Part shown: one piece after another, positions 38,817 to 48,663 of the stretch
Layout: each line of letters starts with the position of its first letter
How positions within the stretch are numbered: position 1 is the first letter of the stretch
Assembly (NCBI GenBank): GCA_963834385.1
Contig: CAWIBO010000002.1
Location: 448,001-512,000 of the forward strand
DNA: 64,000 bases
Direction of reading: 5' to 3'
From: an uncultured Verrucomicrobiae bacterium
GTDB lineage: Bacteria; Verrucomicrobiota; Verrucomicrobiia; Chthoniobacterales; UBA10450
Translations under genes and position numbers: made by a program
Notes under the pieces: model-generated
Databases searched by the model: none
What the model was told of the DNA's origin: nothing
The model's input: only the letters and a program-made list of their open reading frames with translations

Positions 38817-39776
38817 TCATCCGGGCGGGACCGCCAGCCGCGGCGGCGTCTCCCGCGCCCCGGCCGTCTCCGATTTGCGCCAAAAGATGATCGCGACCCC
38901 GCCCAGGACCAGGGCCGCGCCCACCAGCATGAGAAGGGAAAAACGCTCGCCTCCCAGCGCCCAGCCCAGGGCAATCGCGCCGGGCGGCGTGATCAGCGAG
39001 ATGGTCTGGAGGTTGATCACCGACATGCGCGGCATCAGCCAGTAGAGGAGGAGAAAGGTGAGCGAGGAGCCGATCACCGCCAGGTAAAGCAGACAACCCA
39101 CCGCCAGCGGCGTCCAGGCAAAGGAAAGCGGATTCCCTTCCAGGAAAAAGCCAAGCCCGAGGAGCGGGATGGCGCCGAAGACCATTTGCCAGGCCGCCAT
39201 CATTCCCGGAGCCAGCTGCATCCTTTGCCGCTTGAGCACAACATTGGAGAAAGCGGCGGCCGCGCCACCCAGGACAATGCCCACGCCACCGAGGAAGGAA
39301 AGCAACCCGTGGAACTCGAAAAGGCGCGCGCAGATCAGCACCACCCCGCCGATGGCCACCGCGGCCCCGGCAAACTTCCGCCAGACGATCGGCTCGTCCG
39401 GCAGCAGCCAGTGGGCAAAGATCATTCCGAAAATCGGGATCATGGTCTGCAGCACCGCGGCCAGGCCCGAGGAAACATGCAGTTCGCCCCAGAAAAGCAG
39501 GCCGTAGTTGAGGGCAAACATGAGGACGCCCGTGTAGGCCAGCAGCACCCAGTCCGCCCGGTTGCGCGGCAGCAAGGGCACCCGCCCGGCCGAGATCGCC
39601 ACCAGCGCGATCACCGCGACCACAAAACGGATGCCGGCAAATGAAACCGGCGGCAGATCCTCCAGGCCCCACTTGATCGCAAGCCAGGTGGAGCTCCAGA
39701 CCACGCAAAGGGTCAGCCAGGCCGCCGGGATGCGCCAATCGGTCCGGCCGACGGAAGCGGAAACGGGAGCGGTCAC
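38817..39776 (-). CDS. EamA/DMT family transporter
   Basis: VWSSTWLAIK...PP...RF, about 10 TM segments; GTG start chosen. Confidence 0.9.
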   Translation of the reverse strand: MTAPVSASVGRTDWRIPAAWLTLCVVWSSTWLAIKWGLEDLPPVSFAGIRFVVAVIALVAISAGRVPLLPRNRADWVLLAYTGVLMFALNYGLLFWGELHVSSGLAAVLQTMIPIFGMIFAHWLLPDEPIVWRKFAGAAVAIGGVVLICARLFEFHGLLSFLGGVGIVLGGAAAAFSNVVLKRQRMQLAPGMMAAWQMVFGAIPLLGLGFFLEGNPLSFAWTPLAVGCLLYLAVIGSSLTFLLLYWLMPRMSVINLQTISLITPPGAIALGWALGGERFSLLMLVGAALVLGGVAIIFWRKSETAGARETPPRLAVPPG

Positions 39777-39848
39777 GGGCGGAGCATCGGTTCGAGCGCG
39801 CCTTCCGTAAAGGCGAAGGGCGCCCCGTTCCCGGGACGCCCTTCGATT

Positions 39849-40295
39849 GTGACGGCGATAAGCCGAATTCTGTCCCCCGGATCGCTCCGGGAGGATGATC
39901 ATTTATCTCGCCCCGCTTTCACGGAACGCCCGGTGCCGGAACGCCGGTCCCTTTGACCGGCAGCCCAGCGGCCGTGGTGCGACCAAACCCGGGGATGATC
40001 CCGGATTGCTCCGGGACGGTGGTCGAGCCGGCTGCTCTTCCCCTGTTTTGTCTTGCACCGCATGGGGTTTTTCGTGCCTCGCGGATCGCTCCGCGAGCGG
40101 TGAGCTCTTACCTCGCCTTTTCACCCTTGCCTGCACCTTGTTGCCAAAGAACCGGCGGTCTTTTTTCTGTGACACTTTCCGTCATCGCCCGCTTGCGCGA
40201 ACAATGCCCGCGTTTTTCACGCGGCATGCTGCCGTATGGTGTTCGGACTTTCCTCCGGCAAACCTTGCGGTCGGCCGGCGATCATCTGCCATCGC
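39849..40295 (-). ncRNA. rnpB: RNase P RNA, type A
   Basis: GAGGAAAGTCCG, ACAGAAA, GGTAAGAG, AGATAAATGA and ACAGAATTCGGCTTAT; P1 GCGATGGC/GCCGTCAC, P2 GATGATC/GATCATC. Confidence 0.95.
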
Positions 40296-40332
40296 GGAGA
40301 AGCTAGCACAAAACCGCCGTGGTGAAACCGGT

Positions 40333-41088
40333 CTACCCGGCGCCCGCGGGCAACGCCCCGCGCAGGGCCGGGATGGCGGCCGCCACGTTGAGGTCGAGCT
40401 GGCGCAAAAACGAGATGCACTCCCGGCGCGCCTCCCGGCAAAACTCCTCCCGGTTCGAGCCCGAGACGCTCAGGGCGGAGCGGTGATCCACCCAGGCCAC
40501 CCGGGTGGCCGCGGCAAAAAGCGCCTGGAATTGCCCGGCCCAGGCCGAACGCTCCAGCGGCAGCAGGCGGCCCAGATACTCCCCGAGCCACTCGGCGTGG
40601 AACTGCAGGTGACGCGCCTCGTCCCGGAGCAGGAGCAAACAGGTTTCGTCCAGCACGGAATCGATCGTGCGGGCGCGCAGGAGCCGATAATAGGCCGTGC
40701 CCACCAGCTCGGCCGTGACCAGGAGCTGGATCTCGAACTTGAACCCGAGCGCATGCCGGACCAGCCGGAAAAGCCCGTGGGTCCAGTGTTGCCGGATCGT
40801 TCGACCGCCATAACGCACCACCAGCCGCTCGAGCAGGCGGGCGTGCTCGTTTTCCTCCGCCACGAAAAGGGCGAGCGCTTCGTGATAAGCTTTGTCCGCC
40901 GGCGCCTCGCGTTGCGCGCCCCGAAGAAGAAAGGTTCCTTCACCGGTTTCGCCCAATTGGAAGTGGGATAGGGAACGGGCCAGGGTCAGCTGCGTTGTCC
41001 GCGGGAGGGTGCTCGGTGCGTTCCATTTCGGTTCCGGCCGTTCCCGTTTGTTCAGCTGAAAATAGGCGAGCCATTGCTGTGATTTCAT
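40333..41088 (-). CDS. Ferritin-like diiron-carboxylate protein
   Basis: FQLGE, EENEH, AE..G..YY, DEARH. Confidence 0.85.
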   Translation of the reverse strand: MKSQQWLAYFQLNKRERPEPKWNAPSTLPRTTQLTLARSLSHFQLGETGEGTFLLRGAQREAPADKAYHEALALFVAEENEHARLLERLVVRYGGRTIRQHWTHGLFRLVRHALGFKFEIQLLVTAELVGTAYYRLLRARTIDSVLDETCLLLLRDEARHLQFHAEWLGEYLGRLLPLERSAWAGQFQALFAAATRVAWVDHRSALSVSGSNREEFCREARRECISFLRQLDLNVAAAIPALRGALPAGAG

Positions 41089-41097
41089 GCGGTTTCC

Positions 41098-41835
41098 TCA
41101 GTAAGGGGACGATGGGGCAGCGGCGCCCTCCGGGCGGCCCGTCATGATTTCCGACCAGTGCGCGAGGAAGAATTTCTTTCCCGCGGGCAGGAAGTGCGGC
41201 GACCGGCCCAGGATGGGCCGCAAGGTGGTGGTCATCTGGAGGCAGACAAGAAAGAAGACCACGCACCAGATGGAGAGGTGGGCCCCGCCGCTGCCCCCGA
41301 GGAAGCGCACCCCGGCCCGAAGCAGCCGGAAGCCGAAAAGAATGCCGATGGTCCAGAAGAGCAGGTGAAGCGCCCCCATGAACGCCACCGAATCCGTTGA
41401 TTGCGAGAAGATCCACGCGACGGGCGCAAACCCGATGAGCAGCATGGCGCTGAGACAGACGGCGGCTAAGAGCGCGCCGCAGACCGTTCCGATTCTTGCC
41501 TCCATCCCATCGAGAGCGGTGAAAATATAGAGGCTGGGCAGACAGATCAGCATGGAGAGGAGGCAACCCAGGACAAGCTTGGCCGGCGCGATCCAGAGCT
41601 GATTGCCACCCGCAAGGCTGCCGGCCACGATGCCGTAAAGGGCAAACCCGGCGAGGGCCAGTCCCAGAAGAACGGTCGCCAGGATGACCCGTCGGTCTCC
41701 CGAGATTTCGTGCAGGACGCGCCCGGGATGTTTCAGGATGGCTTCCAGGATCGCGCCGGGGGTCGGCGCCCCGGGCATTGGCTCAAAGGATAACTGCGGT
41801 GAGGATGGTAGTGGTGGTGGTTTGGTGTTGTTCAT
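41098..41835 (-). CDS. Uncharacterised ~5-TM membrane protein (Yip1-like), paralog 2
   Basis: PAKL...ICLPSLYIF...QMTTTLRPILG. Confidence 0.75.
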   Translation of the reverse strand: MNNTKPPPLPSSPQLSFEPMPGAPTPGAILEAILKHPGRVLHEISGDRRVILATVLLGLALAGFALYGIVAGSLAGGNQLWIAPAKLVLGCLLSMLICLPSLYIFTALDGMEARIGTVCGALLAAVCLSAMLLIGFAPVAWIFSQSTDSVAFMGALHLLFWTIGILFGFRLLRAGVRFLGGSGGAHLSIWCVVFFLVCLQMTTTLRPILGRSPHFLPAGKKFFLAHWSEIMTGRPEGAAAPSSPY

Positions 41836-41856
41836 GGTCGTTGGTGTTTGTTGTTT

Positions 41857-42561
41857 TCAGAGAAAGAGACGGGCGAAGGAATACCAGACGGCCTCATAGA
41901 AGCTGCCCCGCAGCGGTTCATCGCGGAGGAATTGCACCGGCAATTGCGGACTGCCGATGAAAGGGCGAAGCACCCAGGCCAGCTGGCTTCCGAGAAGAAA
42001 GTTGGCCCCCGTCCAGCTCCAGAAAAGCCGCCGGGCCACGGCGCGGCCTTCCCGCGCGACCAGATAAAGATAAAGCCGGCGATTGGCCGTCACGCCGGCG
42101 CAGGCGATCAGGAACACATGGGTCAGCAGGATCACGGCATGGGCCGAGCGTGCCTCGGGGGCGCCCAGCGGCGGCGTGTTCTGCAGGACAAAGAGAGCCA
42201 CCGGGGTCGCCCCCGCGAGGATAAGCGAAGCGATGCCGAAGCTTCCCAGGATGGCCACCGTGGTCTGGCGAAACGACAGCCGGCTGCCCAGCAATTGCGA
42301 CAACATGCCATTGAGCAGCGCGCTACCCGCGCAGGTGAGAAAAATCAAAAGAGGGAACTTGATCCCGGTGAAGAGGGCCTGAGCGGGCGCGCGCCAGAGT
42401 CCAAGGGAGGCGCCATAAATGCCGGACCCGAGAAGGATCAGGAGCGTCAGAATCCAGGGAGCCCGGCGTTGTGCCAGCCAGTGCGCGAGCCCCGCCTGAT
42501 CGGCCCGGAGGAGGTCGGGGACGAGAGACCGAGCCGTCAGTTTCGGAGAATTCGCCGTCAT
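41857..42561 (-). CDS. Uncharacterised ~5-TM membrane protein (Yip1-like), paralog 1
   Basis: GIKFPLL...QLAWVLRPFIG...GSFYEAV. Confidence 0.75.
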   Translation of the reverse strand: MTANSPKLTARSLVPDLLRADQAGLAHWLAQRRAPWILTLLILLGSGIYGASLGLWRAPAQALFTGIKFPLLIFLTCAGSALLNGMLSQLLGSRLSFRQTTVAILGSFGIASLILAGATPVALFVLQNTPPLGAPEARSAHAVILLTHVFLIACAGVTANRRLYLYLVAREGRAVARRLFWSWTGANFLLGSQLAWVLRPFIGSPQLPVQFLRDEPLRGSFYEAVWYSFARLFL

Positions 42562-42565
42562 CTTA

Positions 42566-42580
42566 CTTTGTGATACAAAG
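42566..42580. promoter_or_regulatory. Palindromic operator, copy 1
   Basis: CTTTGT-GAT-ACAAAG, 4 nt upstream of ATG 42561. Confidence 0.7.
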
Positions 42581-42597
42581 CTTGTGGGCACAAAAAA

Positions 42598-42894
42598 TCA
42601 TCTTCGCCCCGCCCGCACAATCTCCTCCAGCACTTCCAGGTATTCCCGGAACGCCTTTTTCCCTTTCCCCGTCAGCGCATAACTCGTCTGCGGCCGTTCC
42701 CGCACCTCTTTCGTCACCGCCACCAGCCCCGCCTTGTGCAGCGTCCGCAGGTGCGTGACCAGATTGCCGTCGCTCATCTTCAACTCGTGTTTCAAATCCT
42801 GGAACGACCAGGCCGGTCGCGACGCCAGCAGCGTCATGATCGAGAGCCGCCCCTTCTCGTGAATGGCCTTGTCCAGCTTGTCGAAGTCCGGCAT
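42598..42894 (-). CDS. Winged-helix transcriptional regulator (ArsR/MarR-like, HTH_34 type)
   Basis: LDKAIHEKGRLSIM...SDGNLVTHLRTL...T.Y.LT.KG. Confidence 0.9.
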   Translation of the reverse strand: MPDFDKLDKAIHEKGRLSIMTLLASRPAWSFQDLKHELKMSDGNLVTHLRTLHKAGLVAVTKEVRERPQTSYALTGKGKKAFREYLEVLEEIVRAGRR

Positions 42895-42900
42895 CGATCC

Positions 42901-43560
42901 TCATTCGTTCGGCTCGATTTCCCCGCCCGGGCGCGGCCAGGCGCAGGCGGCGTAGACGAGATGGAAAATCCCAAAGGTCAGTCCCATGGCCAGCATGGCC
43001 GGCCGGCGCAAAGGGGGCTGCCAGAGCCCGAAGACCATGAGCAGCGTCACCAGGCCGGCCACCACAAAGGCGGCTCCGAGAAGAACCAGGGAGCGGGGAG
43101 CGAAGGTGGAGGTCGCCAGCAGCGCCAGGCCGTAAAAAAGAATCCAGATCGCCGCCACCAGCAAAGACATCGCGGCCGCTCCCTCGTCGCGCAGGATGAA
43201 CAGGGTCAGAATCGCGGCAGAGCCAACCGGCGGGATGGCGCAGCGAATGGCCAGCCTCAACCCCGGCGAGAGAAGCGCGGTTTTTTCCCGATGCGCCTTT
43301 CGCGCGATGTACCAGGTGTTGACGCAAAGCGTGGCCACCAGAACGATCATCCAGATCAGGGTGAACCCACGCACACTTTGCTCGAGGCCAAAGGTGGAGC
43401 CATCCCCCGGCGCGGTCAGGAGGAACCAGAGCGCCACCGCGGTGGCAAGGCCGCCGCCGAAAAGGGCAGTGGGGGCCGAGATGGCCCGATAAATCGTGGC
43501 CCGCTCCATCAGGTGACGGATCAGGCGCAAATGTTCCTCGGCCTTGCCCGGCTCAATCAT
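42901..43560 (-). CDS. 6-TM membrane protein preceding the wHTH regulator
   Basis: HLRLIRHLMERAT...FYGLAL...FGIFHLVY. Confidence 0.8.
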   Translation of the reverse strand: MIEPGKAEEHLRLIRHLMERATIYRAISAPTALFGGGLATAVALWFLLTAPGDGSTFGLEQSVRGFTLIWMIVLVATLCVNTWYIARKAHREKTALLSPGLRLAIRCAIPPVGSAAILTLFILRDEGAAAMSLLVAAIWILFYGLALLATSTFAPRSLVLLGAAFVVAGLVTLLMVFGLWQPPLRRPAMLAMGLTFGIFHLVYAACAWPRPGGEIEPNE

Positions 43561-43566
43561 GGTTCA

Positions 43567-43581
43567 CTTTGTAATACAAAG
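43567..43581. promoter_or_regulatory. Palindromic operator, copy 2
   Basis: CTTTGT-AAT-ACAAAG, 6 nt upstream of ATG 43560. Confidence 0.7.
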
Positions 43582-43606
43582 CCCAAACCCCGGCAAGCCC
43601 TTTTTT

Positions 43607-44095
43607 TCAGACCGGGCCCGCCGCCGCCAGGAGGAACCAGCTGATCATCCCCAGCGCCACCGCCAGCTTCGCCAGCAGTCCACCCAGGTTGCCCAGCAAT
43701 GTCCCCCAGGCCGCGCGCCCCGCCGCCACCGCCCGTTTCCCGGCCAGGAATTCGCCCGCCACCGCGCCGACGATCGGTCCGATGAAGATCCCGATGAACC
43801 CGAAGAAAACGCCGACCACCGCGCCGGCCAGGGCACCGAACAAGCCCCAGCGGGTCGCCCCGAATCGCTTCGCGCCGAAATATCCCGCGCAGAAATCGAT
43901 CCCATAGGAAATGGCGGTGAGCGCGACCAGTCCGCCCAGCGTGACCCACCCGATCCCCTTCTCCGGCCCGACCATGATCCGGTGCAGGATGGCGGCAGCG
44001 AGGATGATGACCGTCCCGGGCACCATCGGCAGGACGGTGCCGAGGAGGCCCACGGCCATAAGGACAATCGCCACCAGCCACCAGAAAAGGTCCAT
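43607..44095 (-). CDS. DUF456 membrane protein
   Basis: GTVLPMVPG, GAKRFGATRWG, GPIVGA..GE. Confidence 0.88.
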   Translation of the reverse strand: MDLFWWLVAIVLMAVGLLGTVLPMVPGTVIILAAAILHRIMVGPEKGIGWVTLGGLVALTAISYGIDFCAGYFGAKRFGATRWGLFGALAGAVVGVFFGFIGIFIGPIVGAVAGEFLAGKRAVAAGRAAWGTLLGNLGGLLAKLAVALGMISWFLLAAAGPV

Positions 44096-44176
44096 GCCGA
44101 TCTTTGTGACGGGTCTTGCCGTTTGGGAAGCCTTTTGACCCGATCCGCTCAGTTTCTATACTGACCGTTCTTCCTC

Positions 44177-44671
44177 ATGCCACTCCCGCCCGGAACCAAA
44201 GCTCCCGATTTCACGCTCCCGACCAAGACGGCCGCCGGCGCGCGGGAAATCACGCTCAGCGCAAACTTCGGCCGGAGGCACACGGTGCTCCTGTTTTTCC
44301 CCATGATTTTCACCGACACCTGCACGGCGGAGATGTGCGCGGTGAGCCGCAGCCTGGCCGATTACGAGAAATTGCACGCCACGGTCTATGGGATCAGCGG
44401 GGACAATCCCTTTGCGCAGGAGGCCTGGGCGCAGAAGGAAGGGATCACCCTGACGCTCCTGAGCGACTACGAGCATGCCGTCGCCCGCGCCTACGGGGTC
44501 GCCTACGATTCCTATCTCCCGCAGTTCGGTCTGCCGATGGGCGGCGTGGCCAAGCGTTCCGTCTTCGTCATCGACCGCGACGGTCTTATCCAGGAGGCGG
44601 TTTCCGACGACGACGCGCGCAACCTGCCCGACTTCGAAAAGATCAAGGCGCGCCTGGCTGAACTGGGATAA
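44177..44671 (+). CDS. Peroxiredoxin-like redoxin (AhpC/TSA/BCP family)
   Basis: [32 protein letters not shown]. Confidence 0.88.
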   Translation: MPLPPGTKAPDFTLPTKTAAGAREITLSANFGRRHTVLLFFPMIFTDTCTAEMCAVSRSLADYEKLHATVYGISGDNPFAQEAWAQKEGITLTLLSDYEHAVARAYGVAYDSYLPQFGLPMGGVAKRSVFVIDRDGLIQEAVSDDDARNLPDFEKIKARLAELG

Positions 44672-44693
44672 TTTCACAAACCGGAGACTGCAC

Positions 44694-47612
44694 ATGACCA
44701 ACGAGTTCAAAACCCTGCAAAAGTTCGACGCCGGCCATGGACGCGAAGGCCGGTTCCATTCGCTCCCCGCGCTCGAGCAGCAGGGGGTGGGGCCGATCTC
44801 GCGGCTCCCGGTCAGCATCCGCATTGTGCTCGAGTCGGTCCTGCGCAATTGCGACGGGCGGAAGGTCCGGCGCAAGGATGTCGAGACCCTGGCCAACTGG
44901 AAGGCAAAAAAACCGGCCAACGAGGAAATCCCGTTCGTGGTCGCGCGAATCGTCCTGCAGGATTTCACCGGGGTCCCGCTGGTGGTCGACCTGGCCGCCA
45001 TGCGCAGCGCGGTGCAACGCCTCGGGGCCGATCCGAAGATCATCGAACCGCTGGTCCCGGTCGACCTGGTGGTCGATCACTCGGTCCAGGTTGATTTTGC
45101 CGGGTCCGCCGCCGCCCTGCGCCTGAACATGGAGATGGAGTTCAAGCGCAACCGGGAGCGCTACCAGTTCCTCAAATGGGGCCAGCAGGCTTTCAGGACG
45201 TTTGGGCTCGTTCCTCCCGGCATCGGCATCGTTCACCAGGTCAATCTCGAGTATCTCGCCAAGGGCGTTCTCCACTCACCCATCCCTGATGATTCCGCCT
45301 CGCTCTTTTACCCGGACACTCTCGTCGGAACTGATTCGCACACCACCATGATCAATGGCCTCGGCGTGGTCGGCTGGGGCGTCGGCGGGATCGAGGCCGA
45401 AGCCGGGATGCTCGGGCAGCCGGTTTATTTTCTCACTCCGGAAGTGGTCGGCGTGCACATGACCGGCGCGTTGCGCGAAGGGGTCACCGCGACCGATCTG
45501 GCGCTGCACATCACGGAGATGCTGCGGGCGCAGAAGGTGGTCGGAAAATTCGTCGAGTTCTATGGCGAAGGCACCGCCTCGCTGCCGGTGGCCGATCGCG
45601 CCACCATCGGCAACATGTCGCCCGAGTACGGCGCCACCATGGGCTTTTTCCCGGTCGACGCCGAATCGGTCGCCTACCTGCGGGCCACCGGGCGGACCGA
45701 CGAGCAGTGCGCGGCCTTCGAGAATTATTTCAAGGCGCAAAAAATGTTCGGCATCCCGCGCCGGGGCGAGATCGACTACAGCATCGACCTCGAGCTCGAT
45801 CTCGGGGAGGTGCAGCCGAGCGTGGCCGGCCCGAAACGGCCGCAGGACCGTATCAACCTGCCCCGGCTGGGCGACAAATTCCGCGAACTCTTTGCCAAAC
45901 CGGTGAAGGAGGGCGGCTACGGCAAGTCGCTCGACTTGTTGAAACTTCGCATCCCGGTGGATCTCAATGGCGACGCCCATCCGACCGAGACCGAGCTGGA
46001 GGAAGCCAGTGTCGAGAGCCCGACCGACACCGGCGAGGGCATGAAGGCCGACGGCGGCACCGAGATTGGCGAGACCCCGGGTGACCGTGAAATGGTGACC
46101 AATCGCCCCACTTCCACCCCGGCCGACATGCTGGCGGCCACGAACGCGGCCGAATTTCACGACGGCCACTCGGCCGTCGGTCACGGCAGCGTGCTCATCG
46201 CCGCCATCACCAGCTGCACCAACACAAGCAACCCGAGCGTGATGCTGGCTTCCGGTTTGCTCGCGAAAAAAGCGGTCGAGCGCGGCATGCGCGTGGACCC
46301 CTCGGTCAAAACCTCGCTCGCCCCGGGCTCGCGGGTGGTGACCGATTACCTCGACAAAACAGGGCTTCAGCCCTTCCTCGACCAGCTCGGGTTCAACACC
46401 GTCGGCTACGGCTGCACCACCTGCATCGGAAACTCCGGGCCGCTCGACCCGACGATCGAGAAAGCGATCAACGAGAACGACCTCGTGGCGGCTTCCGTGC
46501 TCTCCGGCAACCGCAACTTCGAGGCGCGGGTGCATCAGAACATCAAGGCCAACTTCCTCATGTCACCACCGCTGGTGGTCGCCTTTGCGCTCGCCGGCCG
46601 GGTCGACCTCGATCTTTCCAAAGACCCGCTCGGACGCGACCGCGACGGAAACGACGTCTACCTGCGCGACCTCTGGCCCTCGCTCAAGGAGATCCGCGAC
46701 ACCATGGAGAAGGCGCTTACCCCGGAGGTGTTCCGCCGGCTTTACCGCGATTTCAGCGCGCAGAATCCAAAATGGAATGAGATTCCGTCGAGCACCGGCG
46801 AAATCTACGAGTGGGACGAGAAGAGCGATTACATCCACGAACCGCCCTTTTTCCAGGATTTCGGGATGGAACCGGGCCGGATCGAGAACATTCGCGGGGC
46901 GCGGCCGCTCGGCATCTTCGGTGATTCCGTCACGACCGATCACATCTCGCCCGCGGGCGCAATCAAGTCGACTTCGCCGGCTGGGCACTATCTGAAGTCA
47001 CGCGGGATCGAGCCGACCGATTTCAACAGCTACGGCAGCCGGCGCGGCAACGACCTCGTCATGACGCGCGGCACCTTTGCCAATGTTCGGATCAAAAATT
47101 TGATGGTTCCGGGGACCGAGGGCGGCGTGACGAAATATCACGGGAAAGGCAAGCCGGAGGAGATGTCGATTTACGACGCCGCCATGAAGTATCAGGCGGA
47201 GAAGGTTCCGCTCGTTATTCTGGCCGGGCACGAGTACGGCACCGGCTCGAGCCGGGACTGGGCGGCGAAAGGGACCCGCCTGCTCGGGGTGAAAGCCGTG
47301 GTCGCGGCGAGCTTCGAGCGCATCCACCGCTCGAACCTTGTCGGGATGGGCGTGCTCCCGCTCCAGTTCGCCGAGGGAACCAGCGCGCAAACCCTCGGGC
47401 TCGACGGCTCGGAGACTTACTGCGTGACCGGTCTCTCCGAAACCATCGAACCGGGCGCCACCGTTCAGCTCGAAATCGAGCGGCAGGATGGCCGCAAGGA
47501 ATCGGTCCCGGTCAGGCTCCGGATCGATACCCCGATCGAGATCGATTATTACCGCCACGGCGGCATTCTCCCGTTTGTCCTGCGCGAACTGGTTTCGAAG
47601 AACCGAAAATAG
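44694..47612 (+). CDS. acnA: Aconitate hydratase A
   Basis: [46 protein letters not shown]. Confidence 0.97.
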   Translation: MTNEFKTLQKFDAGHGREGRFHSLPALEQQGVGPISRLPVSIRIVLESVLRNCDGRKVRRKDVETLANWKAKKPANEEIPFVVARIVLQDFTGVPLVVDLAAMRSAVQRLGADPKIIEPLVPVDLVVDHSVQVDFAGSAAALRLNMEMEFKRNRERYQFLKWGQQAFRTFGLVPPGIGIVHQVNLEYLAKGVLHSPIPDDSASLFYPDTLVGTDSHTTMINGLGVVGWGVGGIEAEAGMLGQPVYFLTPEVVGVHMTGALREGVTATDLALHITEMLRAQKVVGKFVEFYGEGTASLPVADRATIGNMSPEYGATMGFFPVDAESVAYLRATGRTDEQCAAFENYFKAQKMFGIPRRGEIDYSIDLELDLGEVQPSVAGPKRPQDRINLPRLGDKFRELFAKPVKEGGYGKSLDLLKLRIPVDLNGDAHPTETELEEASVESPTDTGEGMKADGGTEIGETPGDREMVTNRPTSTPADMLAATNAAEFHDGHSAVGHGSVLIAAITSCTNTSNPSVMLASGLLAKKAVERGMRVDPSVKTSLAPGSRVVTDYLDKTGLQPFLDQLGFNTVGYGCTTCIGNSGPLDPTIEKAINENDLVAASVLSGNRNFEARVHQNIKANFLMSPPLVVAFALAGRVDLDLSKDPLGRDRDGNDVYLRDLWPSLKEIRDTMEKALTPEVFRRLYRDFSAQNPKWNEIPSSTGEIYEWDEKSDYIHEPPFFQDFGMEPGRIENIRGARPLGIFGDSVTTDHISPAGAIKSTSPAGHYLKSRGIEPTDFNSYGSRRGNDLVMTRGTFANVRIKNLMVPGTEGGVTKYHGKGKPEEMSIYDAAMKYQAEKVPLVILAGHEYGTGSSRDWAAKGTRLLGVKAVVAASFERIHRSNLVGMGVLPLQFAEGTSAQTLGLDGSETYCVTGLSETIEPGATVQLEIERQDGRKESVPVRLRIDTPIEIDYYRHGGILPFVLRELVSKNRK

Positions 47613-47672
47613 AGAAGCCCATTGCTGGAAGGTCGCGAGCGGGATTCGGGAAGGCTCCCCGCCGCGAAAGCC

Positions 47673-48431
47673 CTACGGCACCGGGCGGAGCGGATGAGCG
47701 CCTTCGCGCAGGATCGGGTCGTCCTCGCTCGACCGGCGGAAGACCTGCACGTGTGAGCCCTCGGCGATAAAGGCGGAGACCGGCTCCGCCGCCAAAGTCT
47801 CGACAAATTTTTCGCCGTAAAGCGCGGCCACATCGGCCTTGAACTCCCAGCTGGTGGCCGTCCAAAGTTTCCAGCGCGGGTGTTCCACCCGGTATTCGCT
47901 GCACTCGCTGCCGCGCGCGGTGTAGCCCCAGTAATGTTCCGTGATGAACTCCTCGTGGGAATCCTGGGCCGAACCCTGCGCCTCGCCTTCCGCGGTCAGC
48001 CGAAGCGATTCCCACTTCGTCCGGCGACGCCAGCCGTATTCGACGGCGAGTTTCCCCTCCTTGTGCTCGATTTCGTGGCGCATCGGCACCGCAAGGTAGG
48101 GCTCGCCGTAACAAACACGGGCGGTGACCGCAATGGCGCGCTTCGGAACCAGTTCGCGGATAAAGGCCACACCGCGCCGCCAGGTGTCGGCGCTCCGGCG
48201 CCGGACGTAAAAGCGCAGGTTCACCTCCTCAAAATCGCGATGCAACGGGATCGGGATGCCCATGACCCGGGTATCGAGAAAAAGGAACCCGACCACGCTG
48301 ACGTAGGTCTCGCCCTGGTAAAAATCGAGCTCCGTGCCGGCCGGGACCAGCGGACGCAGCAGGTCGGGATCGACCCGGTAGTTGAGCATGGCGAGATAGC
48401 GCCAGTTGGCCGTGAGAAAAACCTTTAGCAT
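47673..48431 (-). CDS. DUF2071/YqjF family protein
   Basis: FLTANWRYLAMLNY, FEEVNLRFYV, FITEHYWGY, VEHPRW. Confidence 0.88.
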   Translation of the reverse strand: MLKVFLTANWRYLAMLNYRVDPDLLRPLVPAGTELDFYQGETYVSVVGFLFLDTRVMGIPIPLHRDFEEVNLRFYVRRRSADTWRRGVAFIRELVPKRAIAVTARVCYGEPYLAVPMRHEIEHKEGKLAVEYGWRRRTKWESLRLTAEGEAQGSAQDSHEEFITEHYWGYTARGSECSEYRVEHPRWKLWTATSWEFKADVAALYGEKFVETLAAEPVSAFIAEGSHVQVFRRSSEDDPILREGAHPLRPVP

Positions 48432-48546
48432 CAGAAATCACACGAGCTGTTATCCTTGGGAGTTCCCCACGGATTAAATGCTCATGCTCATCATCCTACT
48501 CGGATTCGTCCGAGCTCGCCGAAATGATTTGAGACCAGGCCGCCAA

Positions 48547-48620
48547 GGTAGGGCGAGACTCCGTCGAGCCTGAGAGCAATCGAAACCCCCAGATTCGAGT
48601 CGACCCTCACGTCTCGCACG
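48547..48620. repeat. GTAG-type REP-like unit with a degenerate inverted partner
   Basis: GGTAGGGCGAGACTCCGTCGAGCC at 48547-48570; partial complement TCGAC...GTCTCGC at 48600-48617. Confidence 0.5.
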
Positions 48621-48663
48621 CCGCCCGGCATCCGCCGCCGCAACGCAATCAGCAATCAGCCAA

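Noticed and set aside
39895..40971. ORFs overlapping the RNase P RNA region
   Set aside because: Shadow frames over rnpB and antisense to the ferritin-like gene.
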